Below, piece by piece: positions 51,388 to 61,964 of a stretch of 64,000 nt of DNA. The notes beneath the pieces are model-generated. The model was given only the letters and a program-made list of their open reading frames with translations, did no database searches and was not told the origin of the DNA. The stretch spans positions 59,522,001 through 59,586,000 of the forward strand of contig OZ076409.1 of the NCBI GenBank assembly GCA_964187785.1, in the 5' to 3' direction. The DNA comes from Amphiscolops sp. MND2022 (taxonomy: Eukaryota). Numbering within the stretch: position 1 is the stretch's first letter; the number at the start of each line of letters is the position of its first letter. The position numbers and the translations under genes are program-made.

Positions 51388-52713
51388 TTAAAAGAAGGGG
51401 CGCGAGGAACCAATACACATGTCCAATTGATTCCTGGAGATAAGGGCTGTTTCTCGACCATCTTCCGATACAGCCAGGTACTCAGATTCAATCTCCCATT
51501 GAATCGCTTCAACATCATCCACCTGGGGCATGGGAAGTGGGAGAGCCTGGTAGGTGGTCATAACAGTCCTTCGGGAGGCCAGAGGTATGGACATTGTCAG
51601 CATTAATCCATGTGGCAGAGTCAAGACATCTTGCAGTAATTGAGCTTCGTAATAGGATAGTAACTCCTGAATCGGAATGGCAAGAGTCAGACGGTCCAAA
51701 GCACGGATTTGTTGAATGGCAACTTTATTTAGAACAATTTCGAGAGATTCCTTGCTTAAAAGTGACATAGGGACGTACCTGCTGAGAAGAGCTGGAATAC
51801 TATTCAGCAAGTTTATTCTGTACGCAAAGAGAGCAGCTCGGTAGCTCTTTATGTTCGAATAAAACAATGAAAGCAAAGAAGAAACCGTATCGAAGTTGAT
51901 CTGCTGTCTGGAGTACAGCATCTGATCGCAGTTTCTCATGAGGTGCATGTCCTGTTTGAAAGTATCCATTTGGGTTGCCATTACTTCCCAGTTTGCATTC
52001 TGTATAGATCGCATTTGTTCCTGAAGATCATGCAGTTGGTGTAGTTCTTTACTGACGATATAGAACTTGTCATTCGTTTCTTCATTAAGTTCTTGGACAC
52101 TGTCAGACAATGAAGAAGCTACATCAAACAAGCGGTTAATGTTTGCAGCATTTTTGTTGAATTGACAGCTACCAAAGATTCCACTAAGCCTGCAACTGCC
52201 TGGACCCATTGTTATTCCAGCACCGAAAAGTCCAATTGCACCCAGTGCGGCGGCAGCAACTGGTACAGCTCTCTTGGTGCGGTCAGCAGAATCGGGAGAA
52301 ATGGGCTTCAAGAATGAGGCAGTTTCATGTTGCATGGATTGGAGCTCGGCAGTGGCAGCATCTATCTCGTTCTGTACTTCCTTCCTTAGCCAGTCAACAT
52401 TGAACCCTTCCATGGACAGATTGGTAAATTTCAAATTGCAGTTATACGATGGCATTTTCCAAAGTGTTTCCAAAACAGATGTTAGATGACTTAATTCCTT
52501 TTGAATTTGCACATCGAATTGAGGAAATGGCAATAGAAACTGGATATTCACAAATTTTTCGGCTAACAAGATCTTCTTGTCTTCATGAAAGATTATCCCT
52601 TTTTTAAGGGGACCATCAGAGGTGTCATATGGTAACACCGGAGATTGTAGGGGTACCATTGACATAAGAGAAAGAAAAACAAGAACTTTAAAGGTGATGA
52701 GGCGAAAGTCCAT
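51388..52713 (-). CDS. env: Envelope-like class I fusion glycoprotein (F-type), apparently C-terminally truncated
   Basis: Kozak context CCACCATGG; N-terminal signal peptide; furin site RTKR followed by the hydrophobic fusion peptide AVPVAAAALGAIGLFGAGITMG; heptad-rich helix after it; no C-terminal transmembrane segment before the stop. Confidence 0.85.
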   Translation of the reverse strand: MDFRLITFKVLVFLSLMSMVPLQSPVLPYDTSDGPLKKGIIFHEDKKILLAEKFVNIQFLLPFPQFDVQIQKELSHLTSVLETLWKMPSYNCNLKFTNLSMEGFNVDWLRKEVQNEIDAATAELQSMQHETASFLKPISPDSADRTKRAVPVAAAALGAIGLFGAGITMGPGSCRLSGIFGSCQFNKNAANINRLFDVASSLSDSVQELNEETNDKFYIVSKELHQLHDLQEQMRSIQNANWEVMATQMDTFKQDMHLMRNCDQMLYSRQQINFDTVSSLLSLFYSNIKSYRAALFAYRINLLNSIPALLSRYVPMSLLSKESLEIVLNKVAIQQIRALDRLTLAIPIQELLSYYEAQLLQDVLTLPHGLMLTMSIPLASRRTVMTTYQALPLPMPQVDDVEAIQWEIESEYLAVSEDGRETALISRNQLDMCIGSSRPFF

Positions 52714-53301
52714 GGTGGTGTGATCGGGTGATCAACTAAATTTGGTTCTTTTGTACAAATTTGGAACTTTTGGTGGTATCTTGGAAAAAGTTTAACTTTC
52801 AATGATACTTGTTTCTAGATCGGTTCGCAAAGAAGTGAGGCGTGGTAATGTTTACATCCGGAGATGAGGAAGTTCGGTCATTTCAATATTTGAACCAAAC
52901 ATTTGTTCATTTGCGATTATATCGAGTAGTTTGTTTCAACTCTTGAAGTTCCTGCTTTCTTTTAAACAGTCTGTTTATTTGTTTGAGTCTTCTACTTTAG
53001 TTTCACAAGTGAGTACACATGTTTGAGTAGTTTTCGAGTTTTTCAGAGTCTGTGTGTTGTCTTAAGACAACATTAAAGCTAATCTAAAAGGGAAGTCTTC
53101 CAGAGTCAAAGTTTGCTAAACTAAACAGTCACAGTCTTCTAAAGTTTTGTCTAATTTAAACAGTCAAAAGTCAGTATGTGTGACATCGTGTCGTTCCTCA
53201 AATTTGTCCTTTTGTGTTGCCCTGAAGGGACTTACGTAAAAGAAGGAGATCGTATGATCTCTTTTAAACGAGAAAGGGACAGCAGGTGCCCTCCTATCAT
53301 T

Positions 53302-53427
53302 ATGCAGTCGGAGTCAAAAGTTGACATGGAGTCAGTGGTTGTCATCTTTGTCATCATAGGGATGATCAGTCTCTTGCTAATGTATTATATGTACAAAGTG
53401 TATAAAGCTTTTGGACGTCAGCGTTAG
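53302..53427 (+). CDS. Putative 41-aa single-pass membrane micro-protein, antisense within the LTR element (possibly starting at 53176)
   Basis: MQSESKVDMES-VVVIFVIIGMISLLLMYYMY-KVYKAFGRQR: one hydrophobic helix followed by a basic tail. Confidence 0.35.
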   Translation: MQSESKVDMESVVVIFVIIGMISLLLMYYMYKVYKAFGRQR

Positions 53428-53721
53428 TGGACAGTTAGAGAGTCAAGTCAGATGTCAGTCAGTTAGAAACTAAACTAATTCTAAACTATAGATGTATCTA
53501 GTGTATAACTGTAGTTAGTTGTATTTTTATAGTTTTATATAGTTTTGTAGAGTTTTGTATAGTTAGTTTTTGTATATAAGTGTAGAGTTGTATAATCGAG
53601 TTTGTATATAGTCGCGAAATTCAGTATTTCGTGAAGAAAGAGTTTTCTATAGGATCTAATAGTCATAGTTAAGTTTTTGGCTTGATTTTCGTCAGTGTTG
53701 CTCATTTAGGAATTGTAAATC

Positions 53722-55113
53722 ATGGATATGTATCTGCGGGAAGCTATTATGAAATATCTTGACACTCAAGAAGTCAACGATGTTGTCTTGGCTACCGCAG
53801 AGAAAAGGAAGAATTTTCGTCGGTTCTGTGATACCCTTATCTTGAAAGACAACAAATTGCTGTGCAAGGGAAGGTCTGGTGAAGAACCGAAGGTGATCCC
53901 TACCCCTCAACAAGTGGACGAATGTCTATTTGAACGTCATGTGGGGCTTCTGGGTAACCACCTAACGGACAGACAAACCCTTGTGAAGGCATTGTCGAAT
54001 GCAGGTTATGGGTATCCGGTCCGGTTTGGAAGGCGCGCAGCTCTTGTGGACGAGTGAGTAAAAACGCGAATTTTGCACATTGTTGGACAGCAGGCAAGTA
54101 GAAATGGCATGATCATTTACAGGTTTCTCCGGAATTGTCAAACCTGTTTCTTCTCCGGGGTCGCAAGACCTAGGGAAAGAATGTTTCCTGTGTCAGTGGC
54201 TAGGCGAATTGAGCTTTGTGCGAAATTCAACTTTACCTGTCAATGGGAAGAGGTTGGATCCTCTAGGACAGGCGAGACAACGATGGAGTTAGACAGTCCA
54301 CGGAAGAAAGAGCCTATTGGAAAACTAGCGGAAGTCGGAGGGGAGTGTTTCTTCTCCATTTATTACCTACTAGTCGGGCGAAAGTCTGGTAAGAGAATAT
54401 CACATAGATGGGAAAAAAACTAAGATTTTTTGTTTGTTTGTTTTTTTCATGTTAAAAAGTGAAAGCGACTAATATAAATGTGTGTGCAGATCGACATAGC
54501 ACCAACGAGACCAAGAAGTGTCGTGGTATTCGGATAGCGGCCATGGAAATAGCGAAAGACGCCGCGTTCAAGAAGTTCTGCAAAGAAACTCTTGGAACGG
54601 CAATTAGCGACTTCATGACTCAGGAATGTGCCAAAGCGACAGTAGCCGTCACTGAGCACGGGGTTAGGAAAAATATGGTCAAAATGAAAAGTAGTAGAGT
54701 ACATAGAGGCGAAATGTGTAAAAAATGCAACATTTTCACAGATGCTGGCCACAGCAACACTCCTGCAGACTGACATTGCAGTATACTGGCAGTATCAGAA
54801 TGGAGGGGGGTGGGTCAGATACCGTTATGGAGAGGAGTCAAAGGGCCGAACTGGAGTATTCCTGCTTCAGTGCATTCAGGGCGGTCGAGGCCACTATGGT
54901 GCATTCCATTGTGAACCCCTATGGGACTATCCTGAAGCTTAGTGAGTGAAATCACAAAAAAAAAACGAAAAAAGCAGAAATTGGTTGTTCGGAGAACATT
55001 GTGTATTTTTTCGCAGTGTAATGCCTTTAAAACGACATCGGGGGCTCACGCAGGAACCCTGGGACAGCGACGAAGCTGAGGGAGCGGTGGGAGGGAGTTC
55101 CACGGCTATTTGA
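53722..55113 (+). CDS. Antisense five-exon accessory gene: integrase-type HHCC zinc finger plus OTU-like cysteine protease, 355 aa (exons 53722-54053, 54123-54388, 54490-54662, 54742-54941, 55017-55113)
   Basis: Four GT-AG introns (69, 101, 79 and 75 nt; donors GTGAGT, GTAAGA, GTTAGG, GTGAGT) with phases 2,1,0,2 give one open 1068-nt frame. Splicing completes H..H..CQTC and the OTU-like GGECFF..YLLVG / TEHGMLATATLLQTDIAVY / GHY motifs. AATAAA at 55189-55194. Confidence 0.8.
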
Positions 55114-55711
55114 CGACAAAAAATTTAAGTTAAAATCATCCAAAAATTTGAAAAGCATGTATAAGGTCAGTTGTTTGACGGAAAAATCAATAAAGATAAA
55201 ATTGTACCAAATATAGGGTTATAGGGTACCATTAGACGCGTATTGAAGAGAGGAATCCACTGGAGCCATTTGCAAGGGTCTACGACCAACCAATGTGGAG
55301 AAATAGGCAAAAAACTGAAATTTTCCAAGTTTGGGTCAAAAATGGGACGTAAGACAAGAATTTAAAAATTTTTGTCTCCGATTTTCGATTTTTATGGCTT
55401 AATCGGTCTATGGGGTCAAAATATGTCGATTGGGCAAAAACCAGAGGTATCCAAAGTGATTTGGTGAAGTTAGAGACCAAAATGTGCGGCTAATCTGAGG
55501 TATTTTTCGTAAGCAAACTTTTGATCAAATTTTCACTATGGAAAAGTACGGGGGGGTCAAAAGGACGGTAGGAATGGATTCTCCTGGGGCTAACGAAGAT
55601 AACGGTACCAAAATTATGCAGCTCGGATAAGTATTTGTGGAGAAAATTTAAAAAATTACGAAAAATGTCACTTTTTTGGTCAAAAATGGTCGATTTTTGG
55701 GATTTTGTGGA

Positions 55712-58700
55712 CTATTTCCACGGAGGATTGTGGAAAAATGAAGTTTTTTTCGGTTTTTGGCGTAATCTGGTAACACGCTGAGTCGATTGTGAGGATTGTT
55801 GGGGCGTACGATCATATATTGATGGTATTATCACACTTGGATAGCGTTCTTGAAGTGTTAATTCAGCATTTGGAGTTTGGGCTGAGGAGTCACAAAGTGA
55901 GCTTCTAGGCGGTTGAGGGGGGTAAAACGGTGATTGGGCCTCAAATTGAGGGTGGCTAAGATGAAGCGGAGTGCTAGAAGCCATGTGGGAGGTCTGAGTC
56001 AAAATTCGAGGTCTAGGTGACATAGTACGTGATATAGGGGAAACCGGTCTAGGTATTCTAGATTGGAAAGAAGGTGGTGGTGACACCATAGTCGGTAAAG
56101 GGGCACTCGGAAGGGTGCTCGGGTGGGTATAGGTTACAGTGGTGTGTGTTGAACCACCTTGAGGGCTATAAGATGGTCTATTAAGACAACGGTCCGCTCG
56201 GGACAAAGTCTGACTATCAAAACCCAAAAATGTTGAATTTGATGAATTTATGTCTGATGAAGAATATATACGGGAAGGTGTTCGAGATCTGGTCAAAATG
56301 CTAGAGGAAGGGTCACACAGCGGTGGAGTTGCATGTGAAACCACAAAAGCATCAGAATTGTCGGTAGACGACGAATACTGAGCATTATCATCACTAGAAC
56401 TGGTGTCTAAAGCGACATCATCTAGTGTGAAATTGGGGTTTACCGGGAGTTCATTAAGATCATCCTGTGGCGGTGCCTGGTTCAAAGGCGGAGCCATGGG
56501 AGGCTGGGGTGCCAAAGGAGGCGCGGGAGGTGCAGCTGGGGGTGCTACACGACGCGGAGTGTAATAAAATAAAACACTCGGAGCATCAGTAATTTCGTCT
56601 GTAGGTGTAAACGACTTGTCAGTTAAAAGATCAGGTAATGTACTATCAAAAAGGGACGGTTCCGACGTGTGTCTAGTGGACGGATCCGGAACGAAGTTAT
56701 TTTGATGGATTTGGGCTAAATCTTCAATCTGATACTGAGGGTTGACGGGTCTAAGTCGGATACGGTGTACACATTGTGTGTAGTTCGTACCAACTTTTCG
56801 GACAATATAGTATGAGTTTGTCAAAACTTGTTCTACTCGGTATAGAGGAAGCCATTTGGCTAAAGATTTTCCCATATGGTCGTTAACATTGGATAATTTG
56901 GGATTTAAAAGTAGACAGTAACGGTGTTTTGTCAAAGGGGCGGCGTTCGCTTTTCTATCGTAGAAGTGTCTATATTTGTTATATGCGGTGATAGTGGCAT
57001 CACGCGCAGCAGAGAACACTTCATTCATCCGATCTTGCATCGAACTAGTGAATTCGTATCTGGTTTCAAGGTTCTGGAGCGTTCGTAAATTAAAACGGAC
57101 ATCTAGCGGTTTTACCGGTTCACGGCCATGGAAAAGATAAGTTGGAGTACAACCTATTGATACATGGTATGACGTATTGTGAACAAAAGTCGCTAAGTCA
57201 ACGTACGTGTGCCAGTCCTTTTTGATTTTGTTTTCATAAATTCCGAGATACTGCTTGAGAGACGCATGAGTGCGCTCGACGGAGCCAACTGTTTGTGGAT
57301 GTTTTACAGTGGCGTATTGCATTGTTATTTCAAGTAGTTTTGACAATTCAGTCATTACTTTAGCAGTAAAAGCAGTTCCCATGTCAGAGAGTACAGTTTT
57401 GGGTATGTATGATGTTCGCATAAAAACGTGAAAAAGCTGTTTGGCAACATTTGGGGCACTTGCATTTCGTAGAGGTATCGCAAAAAGATATTTTGGAAAA
57501 ACATCCTTAGCAGTCAAAATATGAGTAAAGCAACCTGAATCTGGCAATTTCCCAACAATATCGACTTGAAGCAAGTCTCCTGGGAAATGCTGGTCCACAG
57601 CTAGGGACAAAAGCGGAGGCTTCAATGTAGCATGTTTGACTGGTTTGACTTGCAAACACGAAGAGCAGTTCTTGATATAGTTTGTCAAAAATTCTACGAA
57701 ATTCGGAAAATAAAATTTTTGTCTAAAAATCTGAGCGATTTTTGTGATACCAATGTGTCCTGCTGTTTTACTGTTGTGAACACGGTACAGAAGTTCTGTA
57801 CGTAAGTGAGCAGGGACAACATATTGGCGGGTGATTGTTTTTCCAGTATCATCAAAAAACTTTCGGTATAACACACCTTGGTAATTTTTTAATCGATTAA
57901 AGTGTTTAAGGTATTTACGTAGTTCTGAACTCAAGTATGGAGATGGGTCTGGAGGATGGGTTTCCATCCAATGTAACACTAGTTTGATGTTAGCATCTTT
58001 TTGTTGTTCTTCTCGGAGATTTAGAGAAGTCATCTTGTCAGTTAAATCAAATTCATCAAGAGGATTGGGAGCATGCAAAGCGTTCAGTGATTCAAAGGCT
58101 TTTGAGCAAGTGTTTCCATCTTTGAACGGCATGCAATCGTAGCGGATTGCGTTCACTGAATTATCTGGTACTTGCATTCCCATTTTTAGTGTTACGTTTT
58201 TGACAGGTATTTGAGAATTAAAGCGAAGTTCAAGCTTTGTATGGGGGTGGACATGAATCCTAGACAAGTAATCCGCGGCAGCATTGGCTTTGCCCGGAAT
58301 GTGTCCAAGGACAAAATTAAAATTCAATACGTGGTCCACACAGGTCCAAAGACTAGATGGTATGGTCTTAGCTTGAAAGAAGCGTGTTAAACTACGGTTA
58401 TCAGTTAAGACTAATACTGGTTTAGTGCTACCCCACAAAATGTGTGCAACAGTGTCAAGAGCAAAATGCACGGCCAAAAATTCTTTAGCGTAAATAGACA
58501 GTTTCAGGTACGTAGGCGTGAAAATTTTCGATCCAAAAGAAACGGGTACGTAAGTTTTATAGGTTTTACCTGATTGGTCAGTAATGTAATCTTCTATCAT
58601 TAGTACATAACCGGCAGCATAGAAACTTGCATCGGTTAGGATTACATACTATGCGTTAGCTTTTGGTAATCTAAGAGACAATGTACAAGCTTGTTCAAGA

Positions 58701-60760
58701 TCTTTTCGCAAGGTTTCAATTTGTTTATGGTGTTCGTCTGTAAGAACAGTTTCGTTTTCTTGGCGTAAAAGTTTGTAAAAAGGTAGAAGTTTTTCTCCTA
58801 ACTTAGGTATGAAGGCTCGAAAATATTGGAAAAACCCAATAAATCGGCGAATTTGTTTAGGCGTTTTTGGAACTTTGAGCGTAGACAAAAAGTCGGTTAC
58901 TTTTTTCTTGTCTGGTTGCATACCTTCGTTGGTGATTGTGTTACCTAGAAAGGTCATTTCTTTCAATCCAAATTCACATTTACTTGGAGTAAACTTCAAA
59001 TCTGCCTTCTCTATGCAAACAAAAATTGCTTGCAAGTTGTTAATGAATTCGTCAAAGGTGTTAGCAGCGGTGCCTAAGTCATCTACGTATTGAAAGCATT
59101 GGTCAGCTACAATACAAGGGTAGAGATATTTACGCATAAAAGAGCTAAAAGCACTAACTGAGCGACTAAGTCCTTGTGCTAAGCGTAAATAGGCAAAAGT
59201 ACGCGACAAAAGTTAAAAGAAAGAAGCTGCACTGACAGAGGATCTGCCATTTGCAGTACGTGATATGCTTGGCTACAGTCAAGCTTTGCAAAGAATTTCT
59301 TTCCTGCTAAGTGTGCGCTTACGTCTGCTAACGTTGCAATCGGAAAATTATGGTTATCATAGTCATGTCGAATAAGGTGATTTATTCGACGAAGATCTAC
59401 CAAAAGACGGAGTTTACCAGAAGGTTTTCGAACTGCAAAGATGGGGCCAGAGTATTTCGAATACTTCAATGTGGTTATCACACCCCAATACTGTAACAAG
59501 GCTAGTTCTACTAACACTTCATCACGGTAATGAATCGGTGTAGGCGGCCAAAGAGTGTACATAGGTTCGTCATGTTCTGGCGTTAGTTTAACTTTAAAAT
59601 CATCGTTTTTTCCAATGTCTAACCTATGTCTAGCAAAAATGTGGTGGTAGTCTAAGAGAAGGTTTTCGACTGCACGTCTTTGTTCACTATTAAACACGGA
59701 ATTTTTCCACGGAAATTGAGCTAAGAATTTCTGTTTGTCTAAGGCGTTTGAGATAGGATCTAGTTTCTCTTCTTTTTTCAGTTGAACAATTTCATCGTAA
59801 ATGCGTTTTTCAATTCCAGTCAATGTTCCGGGATTAGAACAATTTTCGGGAGTTGGAAACCAAAGCTCATCTGTCGACGGTGAAACTTTGATCTCCGAAT
59901 CCTGGATAAGCGCATTAATGTTCTGGTTAAAGTAATTCGACAGAAGTTGTGGGTTTATAGGCTGTAGGTATTCGGCTTGTTTCGGTGTTAGTATCGTGAT
60001 TCGTGCAATAACAGAATTTTTCTGAACGGTAACTTTATGAGGCAAAACATTCAAAATGGCAAGTGAAACATCTTGTTTTGCTTTAAGAGTTATGAGTGCA
60101 CTAGTGACACAAAGTCCTGTTTGGTTTTCAAATTTAGCATGAGGTTCAATAATGGCTACGGTTCCATCTGGGTAGGAACAGTTTGGAAAAGAACATTGAA
60201 CTATTTCAGTAGTGTTCGGGTTTATCGATAAGGAACTGTTATTTCTCAAAAAATGGTTTTTTCGAAGAAACAGCACTAATTTTTCCATTTGTGTGGATTT
60301 TTTCGGTGAGTTGAAGAGTTAAATTGGGCAGTTTAAGAGTGCGACTCTTTGGGTGTATAGAAATGTCGTTTTTCTCAAAAAATGGGAGTCCAAGAATCGT
60401 TTGATTCATTGTCTTCAGTAGTAAGAAAGTATCTGTAAATTTTTCGTTTGCAATGTTGAAAGTGGCTTTAAATGTGCCATACGTAGGTACAAGTGATCCA
60501 TTTGCTACTTTAATGGAGCTTGGTGTTGGATCGAAATTGGTTATACTGGTTGGGCTTTCTTTTTTAAGTTTTTTGAAAATGTTTAGAGGCATAGCGCTAC
60601 AAAATGCGCCTGTATCAATAAGAGCTTTAATAGAAAAGGTAAAGTTAATAGGTACTGAGAAAAGTGAAGTGCGAGGCTTTGAGGATAAAACATTAATAGA
60701 GGAAAAAGATGAAGGATTAGGTGAGGCAGAAAAAGAACGGGTTATGTGTGGCTTACCTAG
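55712..60760 (-). pseudogene. pol: pol polyprotein (protease - dUTPase-like spacer - RT - RNase H - integrase - Pro/Ser tail), interrupted in this assembly
   Basis: LIDTGAF protease motif (about 60600-60625); RT FQYVDD; RNase H LTDAS; integrase HNSKTAGH..CSSC, VDIVG, SDMG and VERTH. Breaks: frameshifts near 60255 and 59208, in-frame TAG at 58649-58651. Confidence 0.93.
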
Positions 60761-61964
60761 TTTTTTTGGTTCTGTGCCATATTGGCATCATAGTAGGGTG
60801 ACCAAGGTTGGGTCATCGGGTTGTATTGTGGCATCATCGGTGTAGTCATCTGAGGTTGAGAGAATGACGGTTGGGAAAACGACGGTTGGGGTTGGTAGTT
60901 GGAAAATTGTTGATAAGGTAATTGAGGCGGTTGGCGATTTTGTGGGCGAAACCAACATTGGGCAATTGTATGTCCAAATTTATTGCAGTGACTACAATGG
61001 CGTTGAGAAGATTGAGCATTTCGATTGTTCTGGTTATCTCGTCCATTTTGCCAATTGTTATTGTTGCGTTTCCCATTATTGTTGTTGTTGCGATTGTTAT
61101 TGTTTTGGTGATTATTCCAGTTATTATTTCGCTTCTGGTTGTTCCAATTCTGATTATTACGTTGCTTGTTTTGTTGCTGATTTTGATTTTGAAATTTTTG
61201 CTCATTATTTTTCTGCTGGCTTTGATTTTGATTTTGCTGCATCAGCTGATTTATTGTAGGCTGGATGGTTTTAATTAAATCTCTGATTTCTTCAGAAATT
61301 TTTGCAGTCTCTTGTTTCAAAGTATCATGAGCAACAGAGAGTGCTTGCAATCCTGACAAAAGTTCTTTATTTGAAGCTGGACTTACTTCATTGAATGCCG
61401 TATCATCATCCTCTGGATAGAGGCGATCAACGATCATTCTACTGGCAGCTTTTGCGCAGAGATCCTCGATTGTCGTGTCTTCTGGCTGTGTCATCAGAAA
61501 TCTTCTGAGTTTGATTGGCATTCCGTTTATGAATGCTTCTCGTACTCGTCTCGCTCTCTCGAGTGCTCTATTTTCAGCAGCAACTGCGGGTCGTCCTCCT
61601 GCAGCAGCTCTGGCAACGACGTTTGGGTAAGCCTCCAATGCCAAACGTTGGAGGTCAGTGAGGAAGTCTTGGGCACTTTCCTCGGACGATTTCAATTTTC
61701 TGGCTGAGAAGATGAGTTTCTGCAATTGAACGCGCTGGTCGTTCTGGTATCTCTCACGAAGTGCAGCTACGGCGAGATCATAATCAACTCTCGCGGCTTC
61801 GGGCAGTTGATCGAAGAATGTTAATGCACCACCCTTGAGGTGCAAATGCAGATACTGATGACAATTTGGATGCAGCTTGCATGTTGTCTGAGGAACTCAT
61901 TTAAATTTTCTTTTTCTGTACCCTTAAAGGGTTGAAGATTTACAAAAGGTTGAATTGCGGCCAT
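60757..61964 (-). pseudogene. gag: gag with CCHC zinc knuckle and N/Q-rich region; frame break near 61860
   Basis: Likely start MAAIQPFVNLQPFKGTEKENLNEFLRQ at 61964; continues in ORF 60757-61845 with CSHCNKFGHTIAQC. Confidence 0.85.
60760..60766 (-). promoter_or_regulatory. -1 programmed ribosomal frameshift heptamer A AAA AAC at the gag-pol junction
   Basis: CAA AAA AAC TAG ends gag. The -1 frame (CTA GGT AAG...) stays open through the protease DTG motif. Confidence 0.8.

Noticed and set aside
53430..55711. Antisense gene as an intact nested Ginger transposon
   Set aside because: No TIR pair or 4-bp TSD was found by eye and the DDE core is absent. Not fully excluded without comparing sibling copies.
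60846..61278. Overlapping and antisense ORFs within gag
   Set aside because: Shadow frames of the AAT/AAC/CAA-rich N/Q tract.
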